Shown here one piece after another: positions 26,237 through 39,560 of a stretch of DNA of 63,445 nucleotides. The notes under the pieces were generated by a model. It made no database searches. It had not been told where the DNA came from and worked only from the letters and a program-made list of their open reading frames with translations. Location: NCBI RefSeq assembly GCF_001194135.2, contig NC_068982.1, forward strand, positions 180,705,550-180,768,994, read 5' to 3'. The DNA is from Octopus bimaculoides (taxonomy: Eukaryota). Numbering within the stretch: position 1 is the first letter of the stretch; each line of letters starts with the position of its first letter. A program made the translations under genes and the position numbers.

Positions 26237-29200
26237 TATATCTACTAATGTATAAGTAAGAACCAAAGTTAGGCAAATCAAGTTCACATACACATTCATT
26301 CACCCCTAGACCCACTATGCATGCATTTCTCTCGAAGTATATTCAATAAATCAAACATATCAAAAATATCCAGATATAGAAAAATATATATAGTAAGCAA
26401 TACATTAAAAATATACATATAAAGATATATAAATATATAAGCATACACATTAGAAATATGTTGAAAAAATAGCATAAAGAGTTACGTGTCGATAAGATCA
26501 AAAGTTTGCGTGTTAATAATCCAATTAATAATCCTACGAACCATTCTGGGTGTCCGGTTGTCGAGGTATATAAAATATATTTACATTCATTATTGGACAC
26601 CACCTCCTTCATCAGGGAAAAATAAATTTCTAAAAAGGCTAACATGTACTGCGTTTTTCGAACGGGAAATTATCTACTGGGCGTTTTTATAGAGCTATAT
26701 ACAAAAGAACAGAGATTGGGTGTGTTCTGGTGCGGTTGAAGGAGGAGATACAATGCATAATAAGATAAGTCTAATGATGGTTCTATAAGTAGCGAGTAAG
26801 AGGAAGGGAGTATTGTTTTATTTTTTCAGAAAATTTTTCAATGTGTGTGGAAGATATTTTCAACTCTTTTCAAAATCATAATGCATAAATGTTGAGTAAA
26901 ACCTATGTTTACAAGAGTAGATGACATCTGCAAATTTATTTAATATTGAGGATTTTTGTAGACAGAATAATTCATGATTCTTTTATATATACACGTCTTT
27001 AGTTCACAGGTGATCTAAGCGACTAGGTACGCTAGGTAAGTGCTGTAACGGATTACCACTACTCCAATGTTATAGACGAGACTATAGTTTTGGAGTCATT
27101 GTAGATTTCCGATATAGGACAACAAACATTAAGGCAAGATAAACATCTGAAGTCATATACGTTATTATTATTGAAATAATTGAAAGTCTTACAGCTGTTT
27201 CTTGGACATCCCAGAGTATGGGATATTGTGTCATCGAAGATAAATAGGGAAAATAAGATGGGAATAGATTAATAAAATGATGACACAAAGGACAGAAGAA
27301 AAAAGTTCACAGTTCAACTTTCCGATCAAGTAGAAGTAAGTCCTTAGGTGCAATCCTGTGTAAATCCAAGTATGTTAAAGTCCTAATAGTGTAACTATCC
27401 AGAAATAGAAGCGAAGGTATCAACGTTCAATAACAGAACAGTAGCAGAGATGTATTTTGCGATGAATCCAAGTTACGGATCAAAATTGGTCAACAAAAAT
27501 AGTTTATTGAAACATTCCAAATTGCATCGCAGTATTTAATTTATTTTACTATTGGCAATTACAGTTCGATTTAAAATTGAGGTCAACTTATTCAAAAGTA
27601 TATCATTAAGGTTCTTGATTTTTATAATTAATTTTCACTTACCTGAAATTTAAAAGCTTAGAAAGAATATAAGATATTAGATGTGTGAACGCTCAGGAGA
27701 ATCAAGATAATAATATAGCCCATGAAGCTTTAACCGGATTTAATTTAAACTATTTTATCAACCAACAACTCCATTATTATATCTAAACTTCTTGATTTAA
27801 TGGAATGAAACTAAATAGCATTCTGCAAACAATTAAATGAAAGATTCCCTTTTACAGTTGTTTATTTTCGTCTTAATTAGTAATTCTACATGTAGTGAGA
27901 AGTGAAACTAGCACTAATATAATCTCAGATAGCTGCAGAGGTGAAGATGCAAATACATTCCCATTCCCTATACTGAAGCTAAGACACCCCTAATTATGTC
28001 AACAATCAATTTGCGCAGCATGCGATGCACGCATCCACATTTAAACATATGCTCACAGAGAAAAAGCACTTATAAAAACAGCAGGTTAAGTGAATTCAAA
28101 GAAGGGATATCAACTGAGAAAATGAGCGTGATCAAGCTGAAAACAAGAGGAAGGGACAAAGATGGGGAAAGGGAAAGAATAAAAAGAATAGGAAGAAGGT
28201 GATAGAGAAGGGAAAGCACTGGAATATAAGAATTGGCATAAACAGAAAGAAAAAAGAAAGAATTAAAGTGAACGATGACGAATCTTGAGTCAACAAGTGC
28301 TCGCAATATATCTACATTCGTGAATGTTAACAAAATTATATTGTTGATATATATTTTCTTAACCCACCCTCTCTGAGTATCTTTGCTTNNNNNNNNNNNN
28401 NNNNNNNNNNNNNNNNNNNNNNNNNNNNNNNNNNNNNNNNNNNNNNNNNNNNNNNNNNNNNNNNNNNNNNNNNNNNNNNNNNNNNNNNNNNNNNNNNNNN
28501 NNNNNNNNNNNNNNNNNNNNNNNNNNNNNNNNNNNNNNNNNNNNNNNNNNNNNNNNNNNNNNNNNNNNNNNNNNNNNNNNNNNNNNNNNNNNNNNNNNNN
28601 NNNNNNNNNNNNNNNNNNNNNNNNNNNNNNNNNNNNNNNNNNNNNNNNNNNNNNNNNNNNNNNNNNNNNNNNNNNNNNNNNNNNNNNNNNNNNNNNNNNN
28701 NNNNNNNNNNNNNNNNNNNNNNNNNNNNNNNNNNNNNNNNNNNNNNNNNNNNNNNNNNTGTGTGTGTGTGTGTATCTGTGTGTGTGTGCGTATATTCAAT
28801 TGATGACAATAACACATTCACCAACTGGTATTGCAGTACATGCCTCTGATAAGGAAACAATGATTTGAAATCGTGCCAAACTGTGAACATGAAGGGACAC
28901 GCACCGTATGTGGACTCATGTGTATATTTGACCTTAATCTGTCCTCAAGTAGATGCACAGTATTGCTGTTGTCTTTACTGACGTAATCAGGTCCGTATTT
29001 ATTTTCCTAGTACACGATCAACCACTGTGAAAATAGGGAGATTGTAGTAAAATACTTAAGAACTTTGCCGCTTATGGGATGAATGATAGGCATGAATATA
29101 TACTAATAACAGTGAGCAACTTTGCATTAATTGTGTTGAATAAAGAGAAAAAATGTTAAACGCAAAAAGGCTCGAAAGGTTTCAGTTATTGCCTCACGAT

Positions 29201-29259
29201 TTTACCACTTAAACGAATATAGGCTTTCATTGTGCTTAATCCTTGGGGAAATTTTATAG

Positions 29260-29700
29260 AATTTAAACCTGAGAACGCTTATTTGGCATTCCTGAGTCGT
29301 TTGCTACCAAGAAAATCTGCATGAATAAATAGTTTTCGGTAGTAAAACCAGACGCACACTTATGCCAGAAACACGGTGCATTAGTCAATTTTCTGTTGAA
29401 AAATAGGGCTTTATGCAAAGAAATGGTATCACAATATTCCAAAGACATTGTTGAATCATGGAAAACTGAAGACGTTCATATATGCAGTTTAGATGTGGCA
29501 CAAAGGCCATTCTTTACTGAAAATGTGCTAATAATTGTTCCAAAAAGCATGTCTTTTGGTCATTTTCTGTTCACAAATAGAGTTTTGTGCATCACAAATG
29601 CACTCATAACACTCCTTGTGCATTGTTGCATTTTTTGACATCGAAGACATTAATATTGGCAACGTAGATTAGAATCAAATCTAAATATTCCCCGAAAATA
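29260..29700 (-). mobile_element. Old Tc1/mariner transposase remnant
   Basis: KEWP..PHLN across a frameshift (cf. WP.SPDLN); otherwise degraded. Confidence 0.35.
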
Positions 29701-30624
29701 ACCTCAAAATTGTGCGACCTGACTTCGTTTTCCAGATTATTTTTGTAGTAAAAAAGAGTTGTGCACAAAAACATACTTCGTTTGGTAGCCGAAAGATTAC
29801 TGAGTCTATTGATACTTCATACGTTAAAATAAGGAACTTATGTAGCATACACACAAACACACACACACACGCACAGAGAGAGAGAGAGAAATTCTGTTTT
29901 ATATATATAGATAAATATCATATTTATCTGTTAGAGTTGTGCTTCATAGATTAGGAGCGCCCATGCAGGCAATGGTTTCTGTAAGTTCAGAGCGAATGTT
30001 TTGATAAGGCATTCTCATGTTTGGTATCCATCTTACAAACGCTACCCATTCGAAATAATGGGTAGCGTTAATAATTCGTTATAATAATAATAATTCGAAT
30101 AATGAATAGAGTTATGGGATTTGTATTCGCATTGATTTTGTTGGTGCCAGTACATTATTGTTTGTGACACACATACACCCTTTCACACTCGAGATTGACT
30201 ACTGATTCGCTTGATGAAATCTCTTGAATTGACATATTTGATATTATATACTATCCAGCTGTCGTAGTCACAGGAATGTCGTGGAGAGCGCAATGATCTG
30301 ATGTACCAACAATTTTCATTAAAGACTAAGATTACCATTTGTAAAGACATGATGAGTTAGGTAATTGTTTGAGAAATAATTTAGTTTATATTTTGGAAAA
30401 TTCATCTATATATTGCAATTTGACTTTTACATATCTTCCACTCGTCTACATTGGATAGATATTACTTGGTATAATATTGGGTCTTCATGTTTTTGTGAGA
30501 ATTTCGGGCAAGTCCTCAAGTAGATATAGAGGTAATACAGTTAGTATAACCCTGCTCTGCATTCCTGACAACTTCATATATGTCGAGCAAAAATCTGCAT
30601 AACATGCAGAACACACGTAGGTGT

Positions 30625-31110
30625 CAAGCATATGCCCACACGTGGTTCCGGATTCCGCTCCACTGCGTGGCACCTTGGGAGAGCGTCTTTTACTATAGCT
30701 ACGGGCCGACCAAAGCCTTGTGAGTGGGTCGGGTTGACGGAAACTGTGAGAAGCCCNNNNNNNNNNNNNNNNNNNNNNNNNNNNNNNNNNNNNNNNNNNN
30801 NNNNNNNNNNNNNNNNNNNNNNNNNNNNNNNNNNNNNNNNNNNNNNNNNNNNNNNNNNNNNNNNNNNNNNNNNNNNNNNNNNNNNNNNTATATATAATCG
30901 TTTATGTGTTTGTATTTGTCCGTTCACCATCGCTTGACAACCGATCTTGTGTTTATGACCCCGCAACTTAGCGATCCACCTAAAGAGACAGAAAAAGCAC
31001 GGGGCTTACAAAGAATAAGTCCTGAGGTCTATTTGTTTGGCTAAAGGCGGTGCTCCAGCATAGCCGTAATCAACTGACTGAAACGAGTAAAGGTATAAAA
31101 GAATGAAAAG
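30625..31110 (+). mobile_element. SINE family B spanning a gap in its internal microsatellite
   Basis: GGTTCCGGATTCCG..GGCACCTTGGG..GACGGAAACTG..AAGCCC precedes the gap; GACAACCG..AAGTCCTGAGGTC..GGTGCTCCAGCAT..TGACTGAAAC follows it. Confidence 0.85.
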
Positions 31111-34028
31111 AACGTTCAATGAGTGTATCATCCAAATCGAACGAGTATGGAAGAACAATAAACATAAAAAATATGTGAAAGGGAGATAGACAGACATAAA
31201 GAGGGAGAGTTAGAGAGTGAGGGAGAATGAGGTAGAGAACAGATGGTGGCAATGAAATTAAAATGAGATAATACAGAGGAAAGTGAGGAACATACAATGG
31301 AGTCATTGGTCGACATTTGCTAGCAATAAATCTACAAGTAATATGTCTTACCATAAATGATGTATCATTAGCGCTTCATACCTTCCTAAACTATTTCTTT
31401 ATCAGATGTTGCCCATCACCAAAAACTGGCGTGCAACCCAAACACTAATCATGTATTCTTACATAGTTGATATGCATAGCTTTCTTTATAAGTTTTCACT
31501 GTAGTACAAACAATGGCTAAGACCGATTTTTTAGAGAGATAATTGGATGTTTGGACATTCGTAATTGCCTTAGGTCGTAAAAAGATAAGTAAAGATAAAT
31601 ATTGACACTCTGAACAGAAATCAGCCACACTGTTTATAAATATAGATCAGCGTTGATGTTTATATACGAGATCCACCATTTATAAATATGTGCCACTGAT
31701 AAGCAAACTTACGACGGAATATATATGTTATACTTTGACCAGTTAAAACTAGCAGCCTTCAAATTACACTCCATCGTGTCAAGTATAAGGAGAACTTTAC
31801 GATTCTATCATTTTTTTAGAAACCCGTGTGCACTTTGACAATTGTTTTGTCTGATCACGGACGAACGTGGGTTAAAAAAAAACGTCAGTGTGTATCAACA
31901 AAATTACTATTACCCAGAATATTCTAATATCAAACAGAGAAATGAGAATGGAGTTTGAAGTAAAACTGTATTCTATTATACCTGTGTTTAACACTTTCAT
32001 GACTTTCTGTCGTTGTTCTTAGTGTAGTGAGCTGATACCGAAAGTATCGTCGGTCGTACTTTCTTATTAAAATGAAATACATCTACAAGTACGTTAAGTC
32101 TGAACTTTTCGGTAGCATTGTACTAACGAATACATGGATTATATAAGTAGTACTGGCAGACGTCATCGTAGTAATCGATCGATTCCATCACTAAGATCGA
32201 TTTTTTTCTGCAAGATTTATTGTACGCAATTAAATGGTCACTGCTTCAAAGCTAAAACAATTTGAAATTAAGAGGTTTACATTATATTTTCATTATATTT
32301 CCCTATTCATTAAGGTAGAAACAATGTTACATTTAGGGTAGCATTCTCAATACTCTTGTCAACAGAAAACAAAAATGACCCCCGATTTTATAGAAAGTGC
32401 AATTAGTGTGTACAAGTAAATTATGATAGGTGACAGAATCAGAAGAGCTTAAGGCACAATAAGGGGTGTTGTTTTAGTAATTTCCTTTTAGACTAGGACG
32501 AAAACACTGATTATAGTACGCTTGGATTTCAACATTCAGAGGTGAATAATATAAGGAACTGCTAACTACTATAATGATGAATACAATTATATTTTTTTCA
32601 TATATTGTGGTCCCCATGCCTATATTAAAAATATTTACTTTTTTAAAGAATGTTATAGAGTTATAGATGCAGTCCGAGACATTTGCAGTCCCTAAAGCAG
32701 CAATCTATCGAGTCTGTTGCTTTAAACTGAGACATCGACAAAATAATTGCAGTGCTACTCAATCTGCTAGAAATAGATGCCATTTCTCAAATCAATATAA
32801 TACAGTCTTTCTGTAAACGGCATCAGATTATACCTACATAAAAGGTAATATGACTATACTTTCCTTTTCAGTGTGTTCTTAGATCTCTGCTATATTAAAA
32901 CTGGTAAAATTCTGCAAATTTTTATGAAGTCTGTTTAATAAGTTGACATCCTTTGTCAACCGTCAAATATTTGCTGAGAATCGGAAATGAGATGTAATAA
33001 TCATAGACCAAGTATCATTAAAAATGTAACATAAGCGAACAGGTGGCAACGTTGAAACATCTACGAGAAAATTCGTTTTGCCCTTCAACAACCGACACCA
33101 CCAAAGAATATGTGGAGAATGATATATATCTTATATTTCTTTACTAAATATTTTTGCGAAATATTATTGATGTCAAATGATACACAAGAACCACATCTGA
33201 CAAAAAGGTAGCATTTAAATACTTTAGATGATAAGAATAATTAATCGCTTGGGAAGTCAATTCTGAAAGATTCTTGGCATCAACGTTTGATGCACCTAAC
33301 GGTTAATTTATGAGCAGACGATTATAAACTGAACTTTTATCATCAATACCTGATCTTACAAAACTAATTAATCCTTGCGGCATTGCATCATTTACTTCGA
33401 TAGTTTTATGTTAATGTGTAAGTATGATTTACTTTCGTGGAAATATACTTATCAGTTCAAAAGTCTGTGAATCGCCGAATACATTTTAGAAATCTGAAAT
33501 GGGTATGAAACAAGCATAATGTTTTGATTTCATTTTAATTAATTAAAATTCCACCTGTAATGCAGAGAAGAAAACTTCATTATGATAAGGAATATATTTG
33601 CTGACAAAAACAGAAGCGATAACATTTACTAAAACTACAACTGAGAGCAAAATGGAATGATATAGGAACTTGTTTTATTGTTTGGCAGAAAGACAACAAA
33701 GCAACTTGATGTTCTGTTACTATTAGACTTAACTCTTAGTGAAATGTTTTGTAGCATTCATTGCGGCTTTATGTTTTGAGTTTCAATTTTGACGCGATAG
33801 ACTTTTCTTTTCATTCTTTCGGAGTTGATACAATAAGTACCACTTGAGCACATTGGTCGATGTAATTGAGTAGTCTGTCCCCCAAAATTTCAGGTATAGA
33901 AAATACGTAAACGTAATTAAAAAAAAAAAAAGTAAATTGGTAGTTCAAGAAAATATATATTAAAATCCCTGCGTAGAATGTTTATATAAGCATATTTTTT
34001 CTAAAAAGGTTAATGTTTTTCAAGAATT

Positions 34029-35802
34029 TTACAAATGTAAGGTGCTTCTTGAATAGATATAGACTAATTTTTCGCTCCTTTTCTTTGCTGAGATACAAGA
34101 ATGAAGACGGAGCGAGGCACCTGTCACAAACATATGCAGAGAAATAAACATGAAAGGTATACCTTTGTGCGGCTGTCATAAATGTCAGCATATCTCTCTT
34201 ACCGCATTCCAAACTTCTCTTTTGATTTGCTTCTCTCAAACAAGCTAAATAATATCTTGTTAGCATTTCACATATCTGACTTGCTGCTGGAAAAAGCTGC
34301 TATTTATTTTTGTTTTTATTGATTGATTATAAAAATCATGAATGTTATATTTAAAGTATATCCTTAAGTGTTTCCATTGATACAAACATGCTATAAGAAA
34401 AACAACTATCTTATAGATATCTGTGCCAGAGAAGAAATATGTCAAAGTTATAGTGAAAAGAATTATTATATACTGTTTTCGTCGGCTACAAGTATATTTC
34501 TTTCTAAGAGGGAGAGGAAGGAGGATTTTAATTTCGGTCTTCAGGGTTAAGAATCAATTGACGAATAATACGTATATGTATAGAAGATAGAATCCAAGTA
34601 CTAACACATACATATACCAAGTTATCTCAAATTCACACACAACAGTGTATATGTTCATATGTGTTGAAATAAAAGTGGATATAAAAATGGTGTGAAACAG
34701 AATAATTTAGCGTACTTGCAGAGAATAACATTACGTAGTACAACATAGAGGAATTCGCATACATTTATTTAACTGAAAAATGTCTCATTTATTTTTTAAA
34801 TAATTGCAAATATCTCTATCGACTAATTTCCGTGGATCTTTCTTGTGAGAGTTCAGAACTGCTTAAGCCGGAGTGCCCACATTAACAACAACGTCGACAT
34901 GATTCGCAGGGCGTGCTCCTGGATCCTCGAGATTTTTTGGTCTATCGACACTCCTGATATTGACATTCTCTTCTTTAATTTCAACTCTACTCACTTCTAA
35001 TACTGTTGTCCACTGTGGTCTCCGAACACGAAATAAAATATTATAATGATTGAGGAGCCTCAGAAGTAAATCACAATATAAATAGAATACATGACATATC
35101 ATGGGTATCAAACTGCGTTCCCTCCAACGCTGCTACAAACATTATATCATTTTTATGACGTGGAAAATATTCCAGCAGCATCGCAAATTAATTCGTCCAT
35201 TCGCTGGCGATTCTTGCCTGTTCGAAGCAGATGCAGTTCCACTGCGTCTATATCTTTGTAATGATGTTGCTCTTCATAATCATCGATCTGTGCCCATCAC
35301 TCTTGCCATTTCTATCATCTCCGTAAACAACTGGCAATGTAAGGCTGAACATTATTTTTTAGATTTTACTTAGTTTGTTCACATTGCATATGTTGTTTCG
35401 AAAAGGGAAAAATCACTGAAAAGAAGACACAGTGGGATACCATCAAATGCGAGCACAACAGGAATCGTTTCCGAGTGCGTGTTTGAGGAACTCAAACTTC
35501 ATTCCCTCCAACGCTGCTGCAAGCATTATATGATTTTAATGACGGAAAATATTCCAGCAGCATTGCAAATCAATTCGTCCATTCGTCCATATATATATAT
35601 ATATATATATATAAGATACCCGCTACTGATTGTCACAAACACACAGGCACACAGATACTGCCATACACATACAAAACACACTATTCACGCACACAAACAG
35701 AAACCCACAGGCATACAGATACTACCACACACACTCACACACACACATATACTGGCCTTCTTCGTACTCACCTGTCCTAAAAAACACTTTCTCAAATCTC
35801 AT
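34029..35802 (-). CDS. Tentative spliced small ORF (exons 35802-35772, 34286-34203, 34087-34029), 58 aa
   Basis: Donors CAG|GTGAGT and GCG|GTAAGA; acceptors CTTTTTCCAG| and CATTCTTGTATCTCAG|. Phases join to MRFEKVFFRTAASQICEMLTRYYLACLREANQKRSLECAKKRSEKLVYIYSRSTLHL*. No homology recognised; these could be UTR or lncRNA exons. Confidence 0.2.
35108..35585 (+). repeat. Dispersed ~95-bp direct repeat (35108-35203 and 35492-35585)
   Basis: Manual alignment shows 8 substitutions and one 2-nt indel. Confidence 0.9.
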
Positions 35803-36011
35803 TCTACTTCCAGTCAGTTAAACAATGTAACCTCAGACGTGCTGCTGGCGATTTCTTTTCCTTCTTTAGTCTTTTCCATTTCTCCTTTCCGACGAAGAGC
35901 TAAGCTCGAAAAAGCAAACACTCTCTTTTCCCCGAGTGTCAAGATAATACATATCTTGTGAACGTCCTCTTGTCCTTTAATTTTATTTGTTTATTTGAAT
36001 TAAGTATATAT

Positions 36012-36110
36012 ATAGACGTAACTGAGGTGACTAAGGTTGCTAGTCAGCAACGGCGTTGCTAGAAATAAGAGCCAAAACAACTCGTATTTCTAGCAATGCT
36101 GGTATCGACG
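36012..36110. promoter_or_regulatory. Candidate promoter element: CRE-like GACGTAA, repeated GTTGCT/AGCAAC (RFX X-box-like) half sites and a 21-bp stem hairpin
   Basis: GTTGCTAG at 36036 and 36055, AGCAAC at 36046, CTAGCAA at 36090; locally CpG-rich; ~250 bp upstream of the consensus donor at 35771. Confidence 0.3.
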
Positions 36111-36479
36111 AGTACTCTTAGTCAAATTTTGAGACGTCTCTACTTGTGTCTTTTGCTTGTAAATTGCAAATAAGCCACACACATGATTATGTATCTTTTT
36201 TGTGTTTGTGATGTGTTCACCAACTACAATTACCATCATTTGAAAATTGCTTTTTTTTTTTTTACATCTGTATAACCTTGAAAATTTAATTTCCATAGAT
36301 CTGAAACAATAAGTTGTTTGTCTACCATCAACTAGTTTTTATGCTAATTCTTAAAATAATTTATTTTGAAATAACAAATTCTATCACTCTCAAGTATTTG
36401 GATATAACGTTTAGTTTTGGATATAAAATCTGCTGTTTAACTTTAGGGCCTCCTACATCAGTGATGTGATGAAATGTTA

Positions 36480-36990
36480 ACAAATAGTAATAGCATTTGA
36501 AAGTCAATATGGTTTACGTGCGAATAAATTTCAGCTTCAGGAAGAACATTTTGACGAAAACGAGGTTTTGAATATTGTTGCAGTCATCCATTAATTTTTA
36601 TTTGCACGCCAATGAACTGGATGAATATTTTTATTCTGAAAACGTCACCTAATGTATTTATTATACAGCATACTGTTAATGCAATTCGATATTTTTGTTA
36701 TGTATAACTGTTTATTGTTTTTCCTGTTCGTAATATAAACATTCTCTTTAGCACAGTTTTTCCAGAATAGATCGGTTTCAGCTGCATTAAATATGTATTG
36801 TGAAGAATGGGAAACTATCTCAATTACTTTGACTAGGAATTTGATATGAAGGATTGAATATTTTCCTTTTTCAAGCCATCAGTTACTGACTGATTTGTGA
36901 TGATTTGATTGAGAATACCTACTGAATTTCGTCATGTAGCAAAGCCGTAAATAGACAACGGATTTGAGGTTTATGTTCCATCTAAAATAA
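36480..36990 (-). mobile_element. pogo/Tigger transposase remnant
   Basis: IFNAAETDLFWK (cf. IFNADETGLFWK, first D of the DDE motif). Confidence 0.65.
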
Positions 36991-37479
36991 TTAGATATTT
37001 TCATTGTTTTTGCAAGATTACTGTGTTTGATGTTTGTTTTGAAAACATTAATGATCCTGCGATGGTACTATCTCTCATTTGTTCAAATTATTAAATATCC
37101 TAATTGTTATTTCATTTACATTAGACAGTTTCATGATTATTTTGTAGCTGAATTAAGGATTTAACTTTTATTTCTAATCAATTATCTGTGAGGTTTCCAT
37201 GACATTGCACAAAACACAAAAATGAAGGACTACAGTGTCACTATGCTCCCTGCCTCCTATACACCAAGGAACGAAGACGGGCCAAATTAAAGAGCTGCCC
37301 GTCTGTTCTAGCGCAGTGAAAAAAAACCCTATGCAAATTAACCCTTATAGTGTCAAGCATACCTGCCAGGTAAAGAGATGTGTGCTGGGGGTGGGGGGCA
37401 AGCACGCAGCACCGCTTCACACCGTTCTTGACTACAAAGGCTTCCCTAAAATCTCTATCAATAGGGACGAGAACTGACA

Positions 37480-38200
37480 TTCCTGTTTGGAACTGTTTGA
37501 TCATATTACGTGAGAGAATTCATAAGTCTGCAGTACATTCCAAAGAATTTCCGTCTAGAATACTTTAAAAACATCCACAACCATCATGACGATAGGTTGT
37601 TGCTGCTCACCTTTCTTTAGCTCTTTCATGGTGTTCTCATGGCAGAAGTCGTCTCGGGTCTGGTGTTGCTCTAGCCATCTGCAGATGCCTGGTTGGACGG
37701 ATCCTTGCTGAGTGAACAGGTCACGGAAATGTTCTTACCACTTGGTTCTCCTCTCTCGAAGGTAGGTGTGCAGTTTGCTCCCGTCTAATGACTTGACTTG
37801 CTCCTGGGGCCATGCATGGCTTTCAGTTCCGTAACCATTTCGTGTTAGTCGTGCTTATTGGCCATGCTCTGCAGGCTTTCTGCCTCCCTCAGACACCAGT
37901 CTGTCTTCAGCGTTCTCAATTCTCTCCGCAATTTGGAATTGATTTCACTAAAAGCGACACTGTTCCTCTCATAGTTTTGCAGATATGGCTAGAAGGACAT
38001 TGTTTATATTGTTGCAGCTTTTTGATCTCTTCATGCTCTCGTCCAATCGGGTGTTTTACACCGCGATGTCCCTAAGCTATTTGGAAAAGACTCTCCAGCT
38101 TGGCATGTGATGCACATATGATAGCAATGGTTCTGTTGAGGCGACACGTATTGTACATTTATACGTCACATGTATATTAACATCTTTATCACCTTGACCT
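37480..38200 (-). mobile_element. R4-like RLE retrotransposon fragment
   Basis: KAMHG, YRHDG and EILWNVLQT occur in the expected order (cf. K.MHGQ..RHD.V..ILWD..IQT). Confidence 0.55.
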
Positions 38201-39369
38201 AACGTAGGCTTCTAACTGCAAAATAGATTTATTTTGGTAGTCTGGCATTTACGTTTGCATGATATCTGCGTTGTTGCCAGGGCATGCATGAACTTCTCTT
38301 CTACGTAACCGATGTTTATTCAAAGGAATGGACAGCGACGAGGGCTGATACAGGCTTGGTCACCTTGTCGTCCAAGAGTTGGTGTCCGAAGACAAAGCCC
38401 ATGAACAGATAAAAGAAGGCATATTTCCCGAAAGTCTTATAATCAACCACCTCGGAATAATATTTATTTTATCTATCCCGAGGTATAACAAGTAAGATTA
38501 ACTGTGGATCTTGGTCGCAGAGAACAAAGAATCAGAAGTAATACTACATTGTATTTTAGTCAACGCTCTTATAACTCTGTCGATCTGTGATACCTTTACA
38601 ATATAGAAAGTACTGGAGAATATAAACGAATATCACTTACCTCCAGCTAATCTAAGCTGAATCTGATTACTACATACTCTAATGCTATTAACTATAACTG
38701 CATTAACGCTACCATGAAACAGTAGAAGCTGTATTCAAGATGCTGTTCACCAAACAACAATATTTGCTAACAGCATCAATGTCTTAGTTTAATAATTAGT
38801 CTCAGTTAATCCGCTTTGATTTATCTATCAAGTCTCACTTTATCCACTAACGCAAAGAAATATACTGTGCACACCTTTAAAATCCACATGGTGTATATGA
38901 AGCAACAACATGAGATGCAATTTAAAATATATCGTATTGTGCTTAGTTATGTCTTTTTACTTGAAAAAGTCGCTATATTTGTACAATTAAGATTTATCTA
39001 ATGCAGCCATATAAGACTCACATTTGTGTTTGTAACAAATGTTTCACTTTTTCTTAATGCATTACTCCACTCTTATTTAATACGATAATAAAATCAAACA
39101 CTATGTATATTTAAAAAACATTCACTTTGATCTACTATTTCACCTTTACAAATTTTTATATAATTCTTGAAACATAAAACGTTGCCCAACAGCACGTCTG
39201 TTTAAACCGCTAAGTACTTCCTTCTACGATGAACTGAACAACCGTATACTACATATAAGCACAGCTCTCTCATTAAATCCCAGCCCTTCCGCTTTACACC
39301 TATTTATTTTCCAAACTTAAAAATCGTATCCCAACATATTTCTTTTAGTTGAAGAAACACGTGGATAAT

Positions 39370-39560
39370 CAGGCTAATACCTCGATACACAAAAGTATAA
39401 TCTTCCCATGATAGTCCATTTTTCAGCTAATGCTTCCCAATATGCTTCATTTTTCCCTCGAAAATATTTTGCTGTCACCATATTCTTGAGATTTTTCTGT
39501 ATGTGTCTGCGTGTCAGTACAAAGATTCTGTTATTAGAAATGTTATGAGGAAACAAATTC
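39370..39560 (-). mobile_element. mariner transposase C-terminal remnant
   Basis: KYFRGKNEAYWEALAEKWTIMGRLY aligns to mariner FF.SK..FY..GI..L..RW..V...G.Y with small deletions. Confidence 0.55.

Noticed and set aside
27010-27035. 26-nt plus-strand micro-exon (TTCACAG| ... TAG|GTAAGT)
   Set aside because: Stops in all three frames and no partner exon; chance or UTR.
36900-36990. 63-nt minus-strand exon with a good acceptor
   Set aside because: It lies within the pogo/Tigger remnant (IFNAAETDLFWK just downstream).
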